From: Candidatus Gygaella obscura
GTDB lineage: Bacteria; Omnitrophota; Gorgyraeia; Gygaellales; Gygaellaceae
Assembly: GCA_030765485.1 (NCBI GenBank)
Contig: JAVCCR010000010.1
Location: 1 to 51,394, forward strand
DNA length: 51,394 nucleotides
Direction of reading: 5' to 3'
The position numbers and the translations under genes are program-made. The notes beneath the pieces are model-generated. The model searched no databases. It worked only from the letters and a program-made list of their open reading frames with translations, and was not told the origin of the DNA. Of this stretch, positions 47,938 to 51,394 are shown one piece after another; the stretch's first letter is position 1; the number at the start of each line of letters is the position of its first letter.

Positions 47938-49107
47938 CTAGATTTTATTTTCCTCAAAGAGCTTTATCATTGCTTCGACAATCAACGGATGAAACTGGCT
48001 ACCGCAGTATTTTTCGATTTCCTTTATTGCATTTGTTTTTGTTAATGCTTTTCTATAAGGTCTATCGGTTATCATGGCATCATAGCTATCGGCTACACCG
48101 ATTATTGCTGCCATTAAGGGGATCTTTTCTCCTTTTAACCCCTCAGGATAACCTGTGCCGTCAAAACGTTCATGATGGTATTTTATACCCAAAAGAGCAT
48201 CCCTTAAAAACTCTTTTATCGGATCTAGAATTGCTATACCGATATTGGTATGCTGTTTTATAATATTATACTCATCATCATCTAATTTTCCGTTTTTATT
48301 CAAAATCTTTTCCGGTATTCCGATTTTACCAACATCATGTAAGAGACTTGCAATTTTTAAATCTTCAATAAATTCTTCGGTTATTTCACCAGCCGTATTA
48401 AGTTCTTTTAATTTTCTTACGATTGCCAAGGAATAATCTATAACGCGATCTGTATGCCCAGAGGTGTAGTGATCTTTGGCATCTATCTCTTTGGCCAGCG
48501 CCAGGATACTGCCCATAAAAAGCTTGTACCTGCGTTCTGCTTCATCCTGTAATTGTTCAAACAGTTGTGCATTATATATTGCCATAGCTACATCTGATGC
48601 CAGGGCCTGGAAAAAATCAAGTTCGTCTCTTTTAAACCAACCACCTTTAGTCTTTTTACCTAATAAAAGCACCCCTAAAAGATCATTTCTAAAAAAAGAT
48701 GGTACACAAGCAACAATTTCTAAATCCTCCATTAAAAGCTTTATTTCAATAAGGTCATCTTTTATCGGAGAAAACTTTTTGTTCTTTAAGGCTTTAAGCA
48801 GGATTTTATAATTAATTATATTATCGCCAAAAACTTTCCTGCCATGTCCGTTATTGAAAAAAGCAATCAAAGGATGATCTTTATTAATGCGCATAAACCC
48901 TTTAGGGATTTTCATACCAGTTTTTCCGCGGGAAAAACTTAAAACATAACTTTGTTTGGTTTTATCAAATAATAAAATCCCGGCATGCATTACATTAAGC
49001 TTATTGATAATGACGCGTACGATAAGTTTTATAAGCGTATCCAGTTTGTGTACCAAAATCATGGTTTTGGCTGCATTTTCCAATTCTTTTTTGTAATTTA
49101 GACCCAT
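47938..49107 (-). CDS. GAF + HD-GYP phosphodiesterase
   Basis: DAKDHYTSGH, LHDVGKIG, HHERFDGTGYP, RPYR. Confidence 0.9.
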   Translation of the reverse strand: MGLNYKKELENAAKTMILVHKLDTLIKLIVRVIINKLNVMHAGILLFDKTKQSYVLSFSRGKTGMKIPKGFMRINKDHPLIAFFNNGHGRKVFGDNIINYKILLKALKNKKFSPIKDDLIEIKLLMEDLEIVACVPSFFRNDLLGVLLLGKKTKGGWFKRDELDFFQALASDVAMAIYNAQLFEQLQDEAERRYKLFMGSILALAKEIDAKDHYTSGHTDRVIDYSLAIVRKLKELNTAGEITEEFIEDLKIASLLHDVGKIGIPEKILNKNGKLDDDEYNIIKQHTNIGIAILDPIKEFLRDALLGIKYHHERFDGTGYPEGLKGEKIPLMAAIIGVADSYDAMITDRPYRKALTKTNAIKEIEKYCGSQFHPLIVEAMIKLFEENKI

Positions 49108-49118
49108 TTTATCTTTCC

Positions 49119-49484
49119 TTAGCTGTTTTCACCCAATAAAAGTGAAACTACCTTAGCAAGTTCTTTTAATTCAAGAGGTTTGCGGATAAAATCAATCGCA
49201 CCCAGCTGCTTGGCTCTGTTGATAGTCTCTTCATTCTCTTCACCGCTTAACATCATAACTTTTGCTTCCGGCACATCTTTTTTTATTGATTCTAATACAT
49301 GTAACCCGTCCAGTCCAGGCATTTTTATATCCAATAATACTAAATCAGGTTTGCAACTTGTAAACATAACCAAAGCCTGTGAACCGCTGTTGGCTATAAC
49401 TGCATCAATCTTGCGCTTACGGAAATAATTCTGGATAAAATCACACACATCTTTTTCGTCATCAACTACGAGTATTTTAGACAT
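49119..49484 (-). CDS. Single-domain response regulator
   Basis: ILVVDDE, LLDIKMP, KP. Confidence 0.92.
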   Translation of the reverse strand: MSKILVVDDEKDVCDFIQNYFRKRKIDAVIANSGSQALVMFTSCKPDLVLLDIKMPGLDGLHVLESIKKDVPEAKVMMLSGEENEETINRAKQLGAIDFIRKPLELKELAKVVSLLLGENS

Positions 49485-49499
49485 CAGAATCCTTTCAGA

Positions 49500-50030
49500 T
49501 TATGCGAGTTCGACAATTAAGTTAACTCCTAAAGCACAAGCTACATTTTTTAAAGTTTGGATTGAAACATTATCTCTGCCGCTTTCCATACGGGATATAA
49601 GCTGTTGCGATACGCTTAGTTTTTGCGCAAGTTCTACCTGGGTAATACCCTGTTTTTTTCGCGCAGAACGGATTTTTTCCGCAATATCTTTATAAGCTGT
49701 ATTTTTTGATTTTTTATCTTTTTTTAATAAGCTATCATATCGGCCTGAATCAATAAATCTTTTTTTAACATGCTCGTACACTGCCTGCCAGAATTCAATT
49801 CTTGGGCTATTCCATGAGTCTTTGCGCATGGTTTTTTTAATCTTAGCCCAGTCCTGAAGGAATATTTCCGGTTTAAGATATTCTTTAAAAACTATCTTAG
49901 GATCGTTTTCTCTAGAAAGCAGCAATGATGCAAAGTTAATAAAATCTTTATGGTAAGAATTCAAAAGTATCTCTTTTGCTTGCTCCTTTGTAATGTTTTT
50001 ATCCCAAAGCCAACTATTTGTGTGTATCAT
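49500..50030 (-). CDS. XRE-family HTH protein (putative antitoxin or regulator of the AbiEii module)
   Basis: N-terminal SWLWD domain; IRSARKKQGITQVELA..L.VSQQ.ISR.ESG; 4-nt overlap with AbiEii gene. Confidence 0.8.
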   Translation of the reverse strand: MIHTNSWLWDKNITKEQAKEILLNSYHKDFINFASLLLSRENDPKIVFKEYLKPEIFLQDWAKIKKTMRKDSWNSPRIEFWQAVYEHVKKRFIDSGRYDSLLKKDKKSKNTAYKDIAEKIRSARKKQGITQVELAQKLSVSQQLISRMESGRDNVSIQTLKNVACALGVNLIVELA

Positions 50031-50740
50031 AATACATCAATCTCTTTTTCTAAAATCAAGTCTGTTTCTTTTTTAAAATATTTTTCTAACTCGTTAAACT
50101 CAATGTCATTAGAAGTTATAATTTTCATAAGACCTTCTTTGATAGCCATTCGGTCATAAGTCCTATACCAGTTTATTAGTAGCTCACGAATGGAGCTATT
50201 GCAGTATTTGAAGCTAAATTCAGACAATCGCATAAAAATCTTAGACAAACAAAATAAATCATAATAGTCTTTGGCTTCTTGTCTTCCTCCAATGGAAACG
50301 GTTCTGCCAACATCATTGATTTTTATAGTTCCTCCAGTAATTGCACTAATTTTCCTTAAATAAATATCTTCTATTGATAAAATATTTATTCCATTTACTA
50401 CTTTAAAAGGTTTTAATGTCTTAAAATAGTCCTGAATAAAATCCACTTTTATGGATATACCCTTGCAATTTAACTTAAACATCATGTAGCTAGCTTTATC
50501 TTTAACAAAGCTTTCCTTCATGAGTTCAGTACTACAATGCATATCTTTAGCTAAGCCATTCATAATGGCTTCAATTACAGGCTTATTGATTGTTTTTGTA
50601 AAAAAATCCAAATCTAATGAATCTCTATGGTTAAAATAAAAAAATGACAGCGCTGTTCCGCCAGCTAAATAAAAATCATTAACCCTGCTAGATAAAACTA
50701 ATAATATCTTGTTGATATGGTTTTTAAATTCCGCTTCCAT
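50027..50740 (-). CDS. AbiEii/AbiGii-family nucleotidyltransferase toxin
   Basis: FYLAGGTAL..FYF.HR.S.DLDFF, K..A...R...KDYYDL. Confidence 0.85.
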   Translation of the reverse strand: MEAEFKNHINKILLVLSSRVNDFYLAGGTALSFFYFNHRDSLDLDFFTKTINKPVIEAIMNGLAKDMHCSTELMKESFVKDKASYMMFKLNCKGISIKVDFIQDYFKTLKPFKVVNGINILSIEDIYLRKISAITGGTIKINDVGRTVSIGGRQEAKDYYDLFCLSKIFMRLSEFSFKYCNSSIRELLINWYRTYDRMAIKEGLMKIITSNDIEFNELEKYFKKETDLILEKEIDVL

Positions 50741-50746
50741 ATTTAA

Positions 50747-50798
50747 ATTATACAATATATAAGTTGTTTTGTCAATATGAATACAACTTTTAAGTTGT
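50747..50798 (-). promoter_or_regulatory. Promoter of the AbiEii module with two palindromic operators
   Basis: Minus TTGACA(50770-50775)-17-TATAAT(50747-50752); ACAACTTttAAGTTGT at 50783-50798 and ACAATATatAAGTTGT at 50752-50767. Confidence 0.75.
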
Positions 50799-51394
50799 TA
50801 TCTTTGCTTAAATATTGGCAGTTCAATGATAAATTTGGTACCCTTTTTATAATGAGATTCAATGAATATCCTGCCGTTATGATTCTGTGTAATTATCTTC
50901 TTTATTACATACAGCCCTAACCCTGTACCGCGCCTGCTGGAGACTTTGGTTGTAAAAAACGGTGTGAATAGTTTTTCTCTGTCATCTTCTTTTACGCCGA
51001 TGCCATTATCTTCAAAGATTATCCTTATATGGTCATCGGGCAAGGTATGCGCATTAACCTGTATAGTTCCTTTAAAATCACTCGTCTCTTGTTCTTCAGC
51101 ATATTCTGCGATAGCATCATTAGCATTATCGATAAGATTAAAAAATACTTCCTGCAATTGTGTAAGATTGCCTTTTATAGGTGGTAAATCCTTTGCAAAA
51201 AGCCTTAATAAGTTAAGTTTCTCCATCTTTACTTTATATTTTACCATTTCAATTGCGCTGTCTAATATTTGATCAATGGATAAAGGTTCAATTCCCTCTT
51301 TTCCAGTACGGGAATATTTTAAAATACCTCTTACCACCTCACCTCCCTGCATAGCATTATCTTTTATTCTTTTTAAGGAATATTTAAGCTCTTC
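50798..51394 (-). CDS. Sensor histidine kinase, C-terminal HATPase part (5' end outside the window)
   Basis: QVFFNLIDNA, DNGIG, FTPFFTTK, GTGLGL; frame open to the window end. Confidence 0.9.
   Translation of the reverse strand, partial: EELKYSLKRIKDNAMQGGEVVRGILKYSRTGKEGIEPLSIDQILDSAIEMVKYKVKMEKLNLLRLFAKDLPPIKGNLTQLQEVFFNLIDNANDAIAEYAEEQETSDFKGTIQVNAHTLPDDHIRIIFEDNGIGVKEDDREKLFTPFFTTKVSSRRGTGLGLYVIKKIITQNHNGRIFIESHYKKGTKFIIELPIFKQR

Overview
AT-rich bacterial chromosome segment, probably PVC superphylum (Candidatus Omnitrophota-like). The evidence is the PVC small basic protein MSIHPSLK and the gene context; the taxon is an inference. A dif-like XerC/D site at 10297-10324 sits where gene orientation flips from + to -, so the window probably spans the replication terminus. 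The left ~16 kb is an accessory zone. It holds decayed tRNA-derived att scars, an orphan excisionase, a two-gene 3TM + ThsB-type TIR cassette (Thoeris-like, no ThsA), a lexA-DUF6504-VOC / dinB SOS cassette with a candidate LexA box, and several pseudogenes. The most interesting locus is a CRISPR-independent ECF sigma / zinc anti-sigma / membrane-anchored CHAT (caspase-like) protease-TPR module. Its candidate cognate promoter (TGTTAGATTTTG-N10-CGTCTATTG) occurs twice: before the anti-sigma/protease pair and before a cluster of small secreted proteins. The remaining ~35 kb is mostly minus-strand housekeeping: aroB, aroQ, dgt, thiC/thiE, gmhA, pfkA, accBC, efp, rpsU, pcm, glycolipid genes, c-di-GMP genes and tRNA-Gly(CCC). 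An AbiEii-HTH module with its own promoter and operators is inserted into a kinase-response regulator operon at the right end. All calls come from reading motifs by eye; no database searches were run.
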